64,000 nucleotides of DNA from Candidatus Omnitrophota bacterium (GTDB lineage: Bacteria; Omnitrophota; Gorgyraeia; Zapsychrales; Fredricksoniimonadaceae): positions 24,385-88,384 of the forward strand of contig JBAXRK010000001.1 of assembly GCA_037131245.1 (NCBI GenBank). The letters run 5' to 3'. The position numbers and the translations under genes were made by a program. Below, in pieces: positions 61,701 to 64,000 of the stretch; position 1 is the stretch's first letter; each line of letters starts with the position of its first letter. The notes beneath the pieces were generated by a model that saw only the letters and a program-made list of their open reading frames with translations, was not told the DNA's origin and did no database searches.

Positions 61701-64000
61701 CCTGCCGATCTGTTTGATCCGGTCAAAAAGGGCGTTAACTTCCTGCTCCGTAACCTGCGCGCCATCCGCCTTCTGCGCGGCATTCATCGCCAAAGCGGGA
61801 GTACGGCCGGACATCTCGTTAAGCAGACGGGTCGGATAATCAATAATATTCCTGATGATCTGCATGGGCGTGGGAATAGCCCCGGAAGGAACATTGGACG
61901 GCAGCGGCGCATTGTTCTGCTGAACGGCCCACTCAGGCACGCCCTGTTTCTTGAACGTTTGAGCGCTGACCTCGGGCATGGACTCTTCGGTAGCCCCGGT
62001 ATCTTCAAAGAAATGCTTGCCATCGTACTTGGCAGGAGCGGGAGCCGCCGTAACCTCGGCAACCGGCTGGGCCACCTGATCGGCCGCTGTTTCAACCGTG
62101 GCCGGAGCTTCATCCATAGCCTTGACCGTGGCGGCAAGTTCGGCCTGGGCCGCCAACACGGTGCGCGGCTGGACACCGTTCTCGATGGCCTCGATCTTGG
62201 AGTTATACAAGTTATAAGCGTTCTGGAACTGGGTCCGGGTGATCTTGCCGGCCGCGAAACGCTGGGCCACGCGCTTGATCTTACCCTTATAAGCGATGAC
62301 CTCGATCTCTTCAGGCGTCTTCTCGATACCAGCCGCCTTGAGGATGTCGTTGCAGTAGATGATCCCTTTAACCATCGCGAAGCTGTACTGCGGCGCCCAA
62401 GCGGCGAGCCAGGTAGCGAACTTGGCTTCGATGGCGACCGCGGCCTGCTCATTGCCCTGCTGGCGGAGCGTCGCGGCCTTGCGGTTGACCGAGAGGGACA
62501 TCTTGTAGACCGTGTTGAAAACTTCGCTCTTCGCGGCAGCGCGGGCGTCAATGATGAACGGCTTGAAGGCGCCCTTACCGCTGAGGAGGCCGTCTTTCTG
62601 GGCCGTCTCAAGCGCTTTGGCGTAAGCGGCATCGCCAATAATACCCTTGATGATCGTCTGCGCGATAATGCCCATGTTCGCGGCCGCGGCCACGATAGAG
62701 GCCATCTCGTTCACCGTGAACTCACCAGCTAAGAACTTATCGGCCAGCACCTTGGCGGCGGCGGCGACTTCACCGGAAAGCTCAGCCTTCGGGGCTTTGT
62801 ACGCGATCACGCCCACGAACGCGGCCAGGAAGCCGGCCTGGTTCTCGATCTTCATGCGGCCCATCAAAGCCTTGATACGCTTGGCCTGGTCAACATTCTT
62901 GTCGGTGGTGACGCCCAGCGCGCCGTTCCAGTAAGCCTGCCAGATATCGCCCGGCTTCCAATAATCTTCGGAAGCCTTCATGGCGTTATTAGCGGCACCG
63001 GTGGAAGAAACTTTGAAGCAGGAACCGAGGTGGTTGGTGGCGTCGTTGGTACCGATCTGGCCAGCCACTTTCTCAATGATCGACAGATACGGCAGGACGT
63101 TCCCGACATTTTCAGGATCAAGATCCCCGGAGGACGCCATCCGGTCATAAGAATTCAGCGCAAGCTCCAGCCGGCCATGATCAAATCTGGCAAAATCGGC
63201 CATATCTTCAAAAACCTTCCGGGCCGTTTTACGATCAATGCCACTGGCTTCCAGGCGCTTCATGATCTTAAGGTTCTCGAGGACGAGGTCGGACACATTG
63301 AAACTAAGCGTCGGGACGACCGCATTGGTCAACGGCTTGGGCATGATGGTGGGCGTCAGGCCATTGTAAACTTTCTGACGATCCAGCATGTTGGTGGTGT
63401 TCCACGCGCCATTCGCGTCAACCGTGACCGGAACAATAACGGGTTTTACCTCACGGGCCAAACCAGAAACAAGGGCCGGCGCGATGATCGTGTGCTTCCT
63501 GAAATTAAAGAAAGACTTCCCGAAGAAGATCTGATTCGGGTCAAAATACTGCCAGGTCTTCCCGTTAATAACGCGGAAGAACCCGAAATGAGACACGGTC
63601 TTGCTCTTTTCAACATCGACATTCAGATTCTCATTGGCATTACCCGAAAGGCCAGCAACGCCAATAACCTGCTTTGCCGTGACCGGAGTGCCGACATCAG
63701 GCAAGCCTTTCTCGTCCAAATGGCTATAGTAGGAATAATAGGGCTCCGTGCCGTTATTGTGCTCAACAATAACCACCCAGCCGTATTGATCCACAAAACC
63801 CACAAAAGCAACCTTACCCGCGGCAACCGACTTAACATCGGAACCAATATCGACGATCACATCATTGCCTAAATGCGGACGTTTTTTACCAGCATTGCCG
63901 CGCAAGGACTGGCCGAAACTGTTAAACCCGACCGCCGCTTTGGCCGAAGAAGCCACGGGCCACTGCAGATCGGCCGTCATCATTGAAGGCCGCGATCCCT
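1..64000 (-). CDS. Interior fragment of a single giant ORF (21,332 complete codons in the window, both termini outside it) encoding a multi-pass membrane, multi-enzyme megaprotein
   Basis: Hand translation of the minus frame (codon top coordinate = 2 mod 3) is open from 63998 to 3. Codon-by-codon spot checks found no stop at 30000-30059 (PQYHDMLNWGAIVIPYKDAS), 45003-45059 (GKAMASRLSAGDWTRILQQ), 41943-42119 and 42240-42299 (the AT-richest stretch). No track ORF lies in this frame. More than 15 independent enzyme signatures share it. Confidence 0.93.
3870..4175 (-). other. Domain: PEP-utilising enzyme mobile (swivel phosphohistidine) domain
   Basis: SGAVTGPLQIIRDGEGYAQVRQGVVLVVHSTTNRWNDALTRAGGVITDAGDMNCHTAIASREPWLNIPSLVGV (compare G.a.G.v......G.ILV...T.P.w......a.GivT..GG.tSHAAIvARElGiPaVvG). 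The candidate catalytic His is in NCH (about 4003-4011). No PEP-binding TIM barrel follows. Confidence 0.72.
4270..5280 (-). other. Domain: PEP/pyruvate-utilising enzyme ATP-grasp (PPDK_N / PEP synthase N-terminal)-like
   Basis: VKVAGGKGKNMGVLHSM; LRVPETLILSAKAFE; VAVRSSATFEDGEKFSCAGQALSVLHV; VWASFFDPSFVLYRLRNG; MAVVLQAMVGDAAAAGVVCSMD; VDVEFVLEKNTGCLWIVQARPLT. These are collinear with the GGKgaNL / VP.gf / VAVRSSA..ED..SFAGQ / ASl...RA..YR / MAV.VQ.MV / W..Q.RP. signatures. Confidence 0.75.
5400..6550 (-). other. Domain: radical SAM enzyme 2 (CX3CX2C) with a Cys-rich C-terminus; paralog of module 1
   Basis: MEIEFHPSLACSLRCQYCPN (about 6483-6513); WAIVSGGLEPTE. C-terminal cysteines: PGCNGPRCWAS..GLPCIY..SLCANHSCQG. 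The N-terminal leader (ATLGLQLDGLVRFYGLIRHSQYLQSAF) parallels module 1 (EQLGLSRVELESIYRYMQANPLIQDAL). Confidence 0.8.
7000..8090 (-). other. Domain: radical SAM enzyme 1 (CX3CX2C) with a Cys-rich, SPASM/twitch-like C-terminus
   Basis: VEVEFHPALWCNLDCEYCYS (Cys codons about 8022-8056); KRVFISGGKEPLAS (GGEP-type SAM motif). C-terminal cysteines: RCWRDEY..GIACCY..RMCGQ..AKCGACMLF. Confidence 0.8.
8910..9890 (-). other. Domain: glycosyltransferase family 9 (heptosyltransferase)-like GT-B
   Basis: VRHILIVKKNGTATRMGVNMYFGMFAHLKTMFPQAQIRVFS (N-terminal pattern ILvi....iGD......l..Lk..fP.a.I). KPVIYFDPHCGSRKGAKNWSQQDSIKFMALL (K.Wp pattern). MSLGSHIALLSAVDMGVVFDTGTAHLLSGLGKQAVVVF (compare sL.el.all..a.l.i..DSGpmHlAaAlG.P.v.lF). 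Confidence 0.6.
11090..11625 (-). other. Domain: HIT-superfamily (GalT / Ap4A-phosphorylase-like) nucleotide transferase or hydrolase
   Basis: RKCPFCVKNYG (CPFC, about 11603-11615); FFEHNMFIVAKEH; histidine triad GRYAKHQHIHVYNV (HxHxHxx, about 11333-11360). Confidence 0.55.
11865..12430 (-). other. Domain: 2H phosphoesterase (LigT / cyclic phosphodiesterase)-like
   Basis: Two H-x-(T/S)-x motifs are spaced about 90 aa apart: GEILHTTFFLPF (about 12275-12297) and KASMLHISLARVT (about 12003-12027). Confidence 0.55.
12540..13215 (-). other. Domain: phosphodiester glycosidase (NAGPA/DUF2233)-like, divergent
   Basis: AIFAINGHQGNYWEGHTMLIRNGQLL (INGGFF..G..I.dG pattern); VAGVVLVRNG; RAGISIVGKDAQGRVVFMTLKRSGADDKAGEAMVKDVAAIAVERGLTEAVLLGASADAQ (R.AIG.d..G.l.l..vDGR..S.G.tl.elA.....G...AlnLDGGGS pattern, partly degenerate). 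Confidence 0.4.
13780..14310 (-). other. Possible (beta/alpha) barrel-like phosphate-binding module (ThiE/NanE-like?); weak call
   Basis: The beta-alpha pattern alternates: GASFVIIVDF / ALVMIAEIDTAAQ / GVDGVVLKHWG / LVIIPAGGIF..LAMPE. The ..PAGGI.. loop near the C-terminus is typical of ribulose-phosphate-binding barrels. Confidence 0.3.
14480..14760 (-). repeat. Paralogous module, copy B (LAPPAVT..IRFASIH)
   Basis: RLPRALAPPAVTFRPAGMADLEVSSFGVPVFAQETVKEMIGIALRSGRLVVQAVRANGSSILIDPANITIRFASIHF. Confidence 0.8.
14930..16830 (-). repeat. Array of six 94-aa (282-nt) in-frame helical repeats
   Basis: The plus-strand landmark gcctgca(a/g)cca recurs at 15079, 15361, 15643, 15925, 16207 and 16489 (period exactly 282). 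The unit is RE.ARVQVALAANDAAK..IK.A.GRQLRAG..AE.H.WLQAMSDVNENNDEK.AVA.YE.VAKAN.DAAKV.ADKGAKDAIAVIVAD.VKVN.. Its W..A..DVN(E/G)(N/G) core relates it to the VNGG repeats at 43850-44830. Confidence 0.9.
15432..16586. repeat. Exact tandem duplication: 564-bp unit (two 282-bp sub-repeats) at 100% identity over about 2.05 copies
   Basis: Base-by-base comparison shows 15432-16022 is identical to 15996-16586 (offset 564 nt, 188 codons). Identity breaks at 15431 (c) versus 15995 (t), and at 16023 (a) versus 16587 (c). Confidence 0.9.
17075..18615 (-). other. TM clusters (about 8 helices) after GT-like copy 2
   Basis: LGLSHFFLRKLPGLVASILFIALMVF..LPLAPIMVAFGYLFMHAITIPAV; LAAPLLPLILYFIPMEPIILLAAGFYIIQVVSWIAGPAV; VAKLILTLTAVVALWFYPVVSVLLAASAVVFVAG; FKIALVVGLGAFLVTYALTVSAFILGLSGMAMTVFKIINLVWLVPVALWSV. 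Confidence 0.65.
18700..19480 (-). other. Domain: glycan-synthase-like GT-A core (FKS/GT48-like), copy 2, probably degenerate
   Basis: ADKFIFNVIPAG..LVKLYADLGVPNIRLLDP (compare Fks1 RKFKFLVSMQ..LLRAYPDLQIAYLDE). MMIGARHMIAQD (compare VGAREYIFSEN). GRGGVGPLCRAAEDSVMGEGILAEGGEIRYSSFVEM (compare [38 protein letters not shown]). The DxD position reads DPS. All comparisons are from memory. Confidence 0.4.
20500..21115 (-). other. TM cluster (about 6 helices)
   Basis: VWVGSFLTWMAMFWSLPKLLVMLGATGSVSIGLIAIPVLFMAILISALFASSGFYL; LVIAAAAFVFGVGMALLFGASFHLHGVVVLIFASMFVAAL; VFWTSIALGLTVIAVTMVSGGFASIATGVWITGAVFASPWIV. Confidence 0.65.
22985..23052 (-). other. Predicted TM helix closing region II
   Basis: VIEITVIGTIALTLLGFLGFINPKRW. 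Confidence 0.65.
24950..25510 (-). repeat. Paralogous module, copy B (WFST-QQIIG module)
   Basis: IVLLGAEGKANSWLSILPSTRTNGVAWFSTIDQQIIGNTNISAQKYLVDL..YTITFSNIFSGATVKESRVILPFIGE..NGFGPLVPTHVTTT. Plus-strand 25381-25435 is about three-quarters identical to 53341-53395. Confidence 0.8.
27430..28320 (-). other. Long alpha-helical / coiled-coil stretch inside region II
   Basis: ALEAYLKQVLQLGRQAHEDSLLSQEAELRTKIY..LEYAQANLEQLNARLALAQ..IEALRRLEEGPGALADLQQQINDLQREVHAKKRALYDQAAEIRQAGEALEQ. Confidence 0.55.
30990..31075 (-). other. Signal-anchor-like TM opening super-module B
   Basis: KKSNRARGLLAAILFVWLAVAPMAVAAPVAAVSS. Confidence 0.6.
31338..31500 (-). other. TM cluster (about 2-3 helices)
   Basis: RVGVIFLKWVAIIWTSFRFFFGLWTPSILFAHLAVILGLWGMKYVISCLISPLW. 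Confidence 0.65.
31850..32660 (-). other. Domain: sugar-phosphate nucleotidyltransferase (NTP_transferase)-like, divergent
   Basis: IGVFLDIKEGRVNRFIEKPRDEK (F.EKP motif, 32034-32060) and QYRINAGVMVSRGS (the INAG(I/V)Y-type motif, 31932-31952). The N-terminal GxGxR loop is not evident. A Cys cluster follows: CASCGVSVDPAQCLSDHAINLC. Confidence 0.4.
32800..33850 (-). other. Scattered TM helices (about 5)
   Basis: NTLLLFVTGFFATLLGIYFFSFF (33780-33850); WVLRPLAAIGTFVFGMQW; VQTVLVMPLLAQIVMMYYSMFFGS; ISLFSQIGALFYYWYSGVTRMGVLALC. Confidence 0.55.
34200..37150 (-). repeat. HEAT/ARM-like alpha-helical repeat array
   Basis: D..VR-type helical hairpin starts recur: DRDVRYMAVRAAQAHP, DPDVRAMAQAWI, DAQVRDAAAQFG, NGQVRTAAAMMLSKI, DVDSRVAAMMQLAQS, DPMARGALAYALGGVRDRGAISLLSDLM, EEHFVRVMAVAAAG. 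Confidence 0.5.
38118..38400 (-). other. Pro/Ala/Thr-rich linker followed by a TM helix
   Basis: KPAKAPAPDTTPVAPPAPPTAPATKPVTKTESAKTTPPPAAEAPKA, then GLRFVGLAVVMALMMAAFWWHQV (38118-38185). Confidence 0.6.
38440..38840 (-). other. Minimal zincin-like motif region, HExxH copy 2
   Basis: NTLVLYVNPALTAKANGQYQYPVDLAKVIFGKHEIEHLRDP. The HEIEH codons lie at 38558-38544. The context is the same as copy 1 (L.(I/L)Y.NP..L, then HExxH). Confidence 0.35.
38930..39350 (-). repeat. Ala/Glu/Lys/Gln coiled coil with an internal 291-nt duplication
   Basis: AAAEHERQAVENAQLKQKLEDD (plus-strand anchor cttctgctttaat at 39267) and TAAEHERLAVENAQLKQKLSNV (anchor at 38976). The offset of 291 nt equals 97 codons. 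Confidence 0.75.
40870..41500 (-). other. Domain: Pol-beta superfamily nucleotidyltransferase head (tRNA CCA-adding / poly(A) polymerase family-like)
   Basis: DRIIIIGGSVRDVFYGRQVNDLDISVLV fits the GGxVRDxxxGxxxxDxDI signature (41392-41445). Downstream, IVQSDTILRLLRHKHQFGLSI fits the ..DPLR.LRa.RF...f.I helix. Confidence 0.72.
41790..42000 (-). other. Minimal zincin-like motif region, HExxH copy 1
   Basis: GKLWAIYFNPEMLRAPPNVQRIVMAHEFDHVLGYNEEQ. The HEFDH codons lie at 41852-41838. Confidence 0.35.
42650..42730 (-). other. Predicted TM helix (inside the AT-rich island)
   Basis: LSYIAAYVVLILVAWPILVRLGRFINAFW. Confidence 0.6.
43060..43340 (-). repeat. Paralogous module, copy A (LAPPAVT..IRFASIH)
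   Basis: RLPQVLAPPAVTRNADGSVDLDLSSYSVPEPLQQAFKDVLLAALRSGQMVVQYALTDGRIVSALPADINIRFASIHL. Copy B lies at 14480-14760 (offset 28,584 nt at the IRFASIH anchor). Confidence 0.8.
43850..44830 (-). repeat. Four helical repeats carrying a VNGG motif
   Basis: RMKWTAGVRQALVAVNGGDLKKAQEKL (about 44690-44720); RMNWTTGLRQALVDVNGGDLKKAQKKL (about 44485-44520); LVAYRQAMMDVNGGKMPKD (about 44131-44160); RMDWNQGLRRALVDVNGGNAKKAQEQL (about 43885-43920). Spacing is irregular (about 204, 355 and 240 nt). Confidence 0.8.
46362..46845 (-). other. TM cluster (about 5 helices)
   Basis: YLRWVIFFFLILGYNLFAGLPVYLWVGAIFFSQAISFGALFNIAY; VRFYWFFVNWIWTY; AFWTFLLAAFMGFAPELIALWFLPVMSFVAGWAGMYIL. Confidence 0.65.
46900..47720 (-). 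other. Domain: processive glycan-synthase-like GT-A core (GT2 / FKS-type GT48-like), copy 1
   Basis: LTLDLVDADHHA (DxD-like). GKFMVRTQAMRWSEGLAGDDYVAEDSITTVAFALFGYRTKHLRYYRRGKNW resembles my memory of fungal Fks1 (..[30 protein letters not shown]..). SSYKWASDS is a degenerate QxxRW position. Upstream, SEERRHRIIHFVNDQ (about 48470-48510) resembles Fks1 EAERRISFFAQSL. TM clusters flank both sides. Confidence 0.45.
48910..49520 (-). other. TM cluster (about 5-6 helices)
   Basis: FWMGFWRFTLSVFSGA; MIIILSAGLGGVILWNAISQISYIGIPYLLAANWYLVIAVPLALLIAQGFFLLV; LMVQAGILLSAVALNTFLPVGPSILVYNVLRVVLQILLFAVVFETLRLTFYSMGYLV. Confidence 0.65.
50930..51010 (-). other. Predicted TM helix closing region I
   Basis: HFWANVWGWTKGIATAVLAFPLMYLIYSLLTAGYRAIRR. 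Confidence 0.65.
51010..56427 (-). other. Large non-membrane region I (about 1,800 aa; Gly/Asn/Thr/Val/Tyr-rich, probably beta-rich and extracytoplasmic); function unknown
   Basis: It has no hydrophobic helices and lies between two TM anchors (56427-56492 and 50930-51010). Composition and short alternating motifs suggest a beta-rich fold. No catalytic signature was recognised by eye. Confidence 0.4.
52850..53470 (-). repeat. Paralogous module, copy A (WFST-QQIIG module)
   Basis: ITLIDTTGAPEGWLSFTDTTKADGIAWFSTINQQIIGDVNLSAQKFLVDL..YTIVFQNVLNGQVIKEHRVVVPYVGE..NGYGPIIASHVETV. It matches copy B at 24950-25510 at nucleotide offsets 27,960 and 27,891. Confidence 0.8.
56427..56492 (-). other. Signal-anchor-like TM opening super-module A
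   Basis: LRHIFSLALAVLLFTAVFQGTTSRAEDSSS. Confidence 0.6.
56500..57770 (-). other. Basic, Arg/Asn/Val/Gly-rich low-complexity (probably disordered) linker
   Basis: Example: TVNVVNVVFVAIGRLVAAVKK..ANVANTVNVARRIVVNAVRRAVNGAKAQVKVAGNNRESNERANVQAGRSTARNHARDNGRSNTNARED.. and GVERVGAGKENG..GVKGVESVGQG. No enzyme motif was recognised. Confidence 0.5.
57775..57915 (-). other. Predicted TM helices (about 2)
   Basis: GGMGLMTLLFTFGTSGTASAATGAGAGGTTPVGALLAFGAILYIGIKNRK. Confidence 0.6.
57930..58080 (-). repeat. Pro-rich low-complexity tract (about 12-nt periodicity)
   Basis: GNGLPPGPIGPTGPVNGPTGPVMPTMPVVPNLPTVPTMPQVPSMPNLPGG. The plus strand shows reiterated ggcat/ggcac-containing 12-mers. Confidence 0.8.
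58246..58296 (-). other. Internal signal-peptide-like / TM segment
   Basis: FFGWAMPKAKKTVAMVALAGALANAPESE: a basic n-region, a hydrophobic core, then an A-x-A-like motif. It is in frame and has no upstream stop. Confidence 0.5.
59990..61700 (-). other. Domain: divergent SecA DEAD-like (SF2) ATPase motor
   Basis: LVQGKTAIAENAKGKTLVGIAATILFMEKGLQTNFLVRDESDYQKL (compare SecA L..GKIAEMKTGEGKTLVA..VVTVNDYLAKRD). LHIVADEVDDLVTMEKTYISTQG (compare [22 protein letters not shown]). GLTATRMGTD (compare MTGTA). ITVALPIMAKQHSFKG..VIVADAEHWTTANLTHAVNRNNRDQD (compare [36 protein letters not shown]; the arginine-rich motif is degenerate). Confidence 0.7.
63520..63905 (-). other. Domain: peptidase M23 (LytM/lysostaphin-type peptidoglycan endopeptidase)-like
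   Basis: RPHLGNDVIVDIGSDVKSVAAGKVAFVGFVDQYGWVVIVEHNNG..YYSHLDEKG..VTAKQVIGVAGLSGNA..VSHFGFFRV. This matches the HxGxD, G.V.A...G.V, gyG..V.I.H, Y.HL and G..G.tG pattern. The terminal HxH is altered (SHFGFF instead of PHLHFE). Confidence 0.72.

Noticed and set aside
61784-62638. 284-aa minus-strand ORF (the longest minus ORF in the track)
   Set aside because: It lies in the wrong frame (end = 1 mod 3). Its product is Arg/Ser/Pro-rich nonsense (..RRPRKTASSAVRAPSSRSSLTPALPRRAKFSTRS..). It overlaps the SecA-like and helical region of the real frame.
1-64000. Alternative genetic code (reassigned stop codon) as the reason the track lacks long minus-strand ORFs
   Set aside because: The coding frame contains none of TAA, TAG or TGA in my translation and spot checks, so no reassignment is needed. 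The ORF is simply unbounded within the window.
63978-64000. Possible translation start: in-frame ATG ATG at 63983-63978 preceded by AGGGA at 64000-63996
   Set aside because: This cannot be evaluated. Only five codons lie upstream in the window, none is a stop, and the M23-like domain context suggests the protein continues upstream. It is left unresolved rather than called.
1-64000. tRNA, rRNA, other ncRNA, promoters, Rho-independent terminators
   Set aside because: There is no non-coding interval in which to place them. I saw no cloverleaf-like or rRNA-like conserved stretches and no GC-hairpin plus T-tract outside the coding context.

Overview
The whole window is the interior of one giant minus-strand ORF. 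I read the reverse complement in the frame whose codons have their highest coordinate equal to 2 mod 3 (first full codon 63998-63996, last 5-3). This gave 21,332 consecutive sense codons with no TAA, TAG or TGA. The translation looks like real protein throughout, and every recognisable enzyme motif falls in this one frame. The frame is missing from the supplied ORF track only because it never meets a stop inside the window. All 47 listed minus-strand ORFs end at coordinates 1 or 0 mod 3, never 2. Nearly all long plus-strand ORFs start at coordinates divisible by 3, so they are codon-aligned antisense shadows. I could not support any intergenic DNA, RNA gene, CRISPR array, promoter, terminator or mobile element. 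Domain order, N to C (high to low coordinate): (1) M23 peptidase-like domain. (2) Divergent SecA DEAD-like ATPase. (3) TM, Pro-rich and basic linker. (4) Super-module A: signal-anchor, about 5.4 kb of non-membrane region, TM clusters flanking a glycan-synthase-like core, helical VNGG repeats, and a LAPPAVT..IRFASIH module. (5) An AT-rich in-frame island carrying a TM and an HExxH motif. (6) Pol-beta/CCA-type nucleotidyltransferase head. (7) Coiled coil. (8) A second HExxH. (9) HEAT-like array. (10) NTP-transferase-like module. (11) Super-module B: the same element order as A about 28 kb further on, with six 94-aa repeats that include an exact 564-bp tandem duplication. (12) An operon-like run of fused enzymes: barrel-like, NAGPA-like, 2H phosphoesterase-like, HIT/GalT-like, GT9-like, two radical SAM modules, PEP-utilising ATP-grasp plus swivel, and GlgA-like GT5. 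The architecture (more than 30 predicted TM helices, a divergent SecA domain, a cell-wall hydrolase) matches what I recall being reported for giant genes of Omnitrophota-type bacteria. This particular domain chain should still be treated as undescribed. All calls come from hand translation and motif memory; no HMM or BLAST search was run. Domain borders are approximate (about +/-50 nt).
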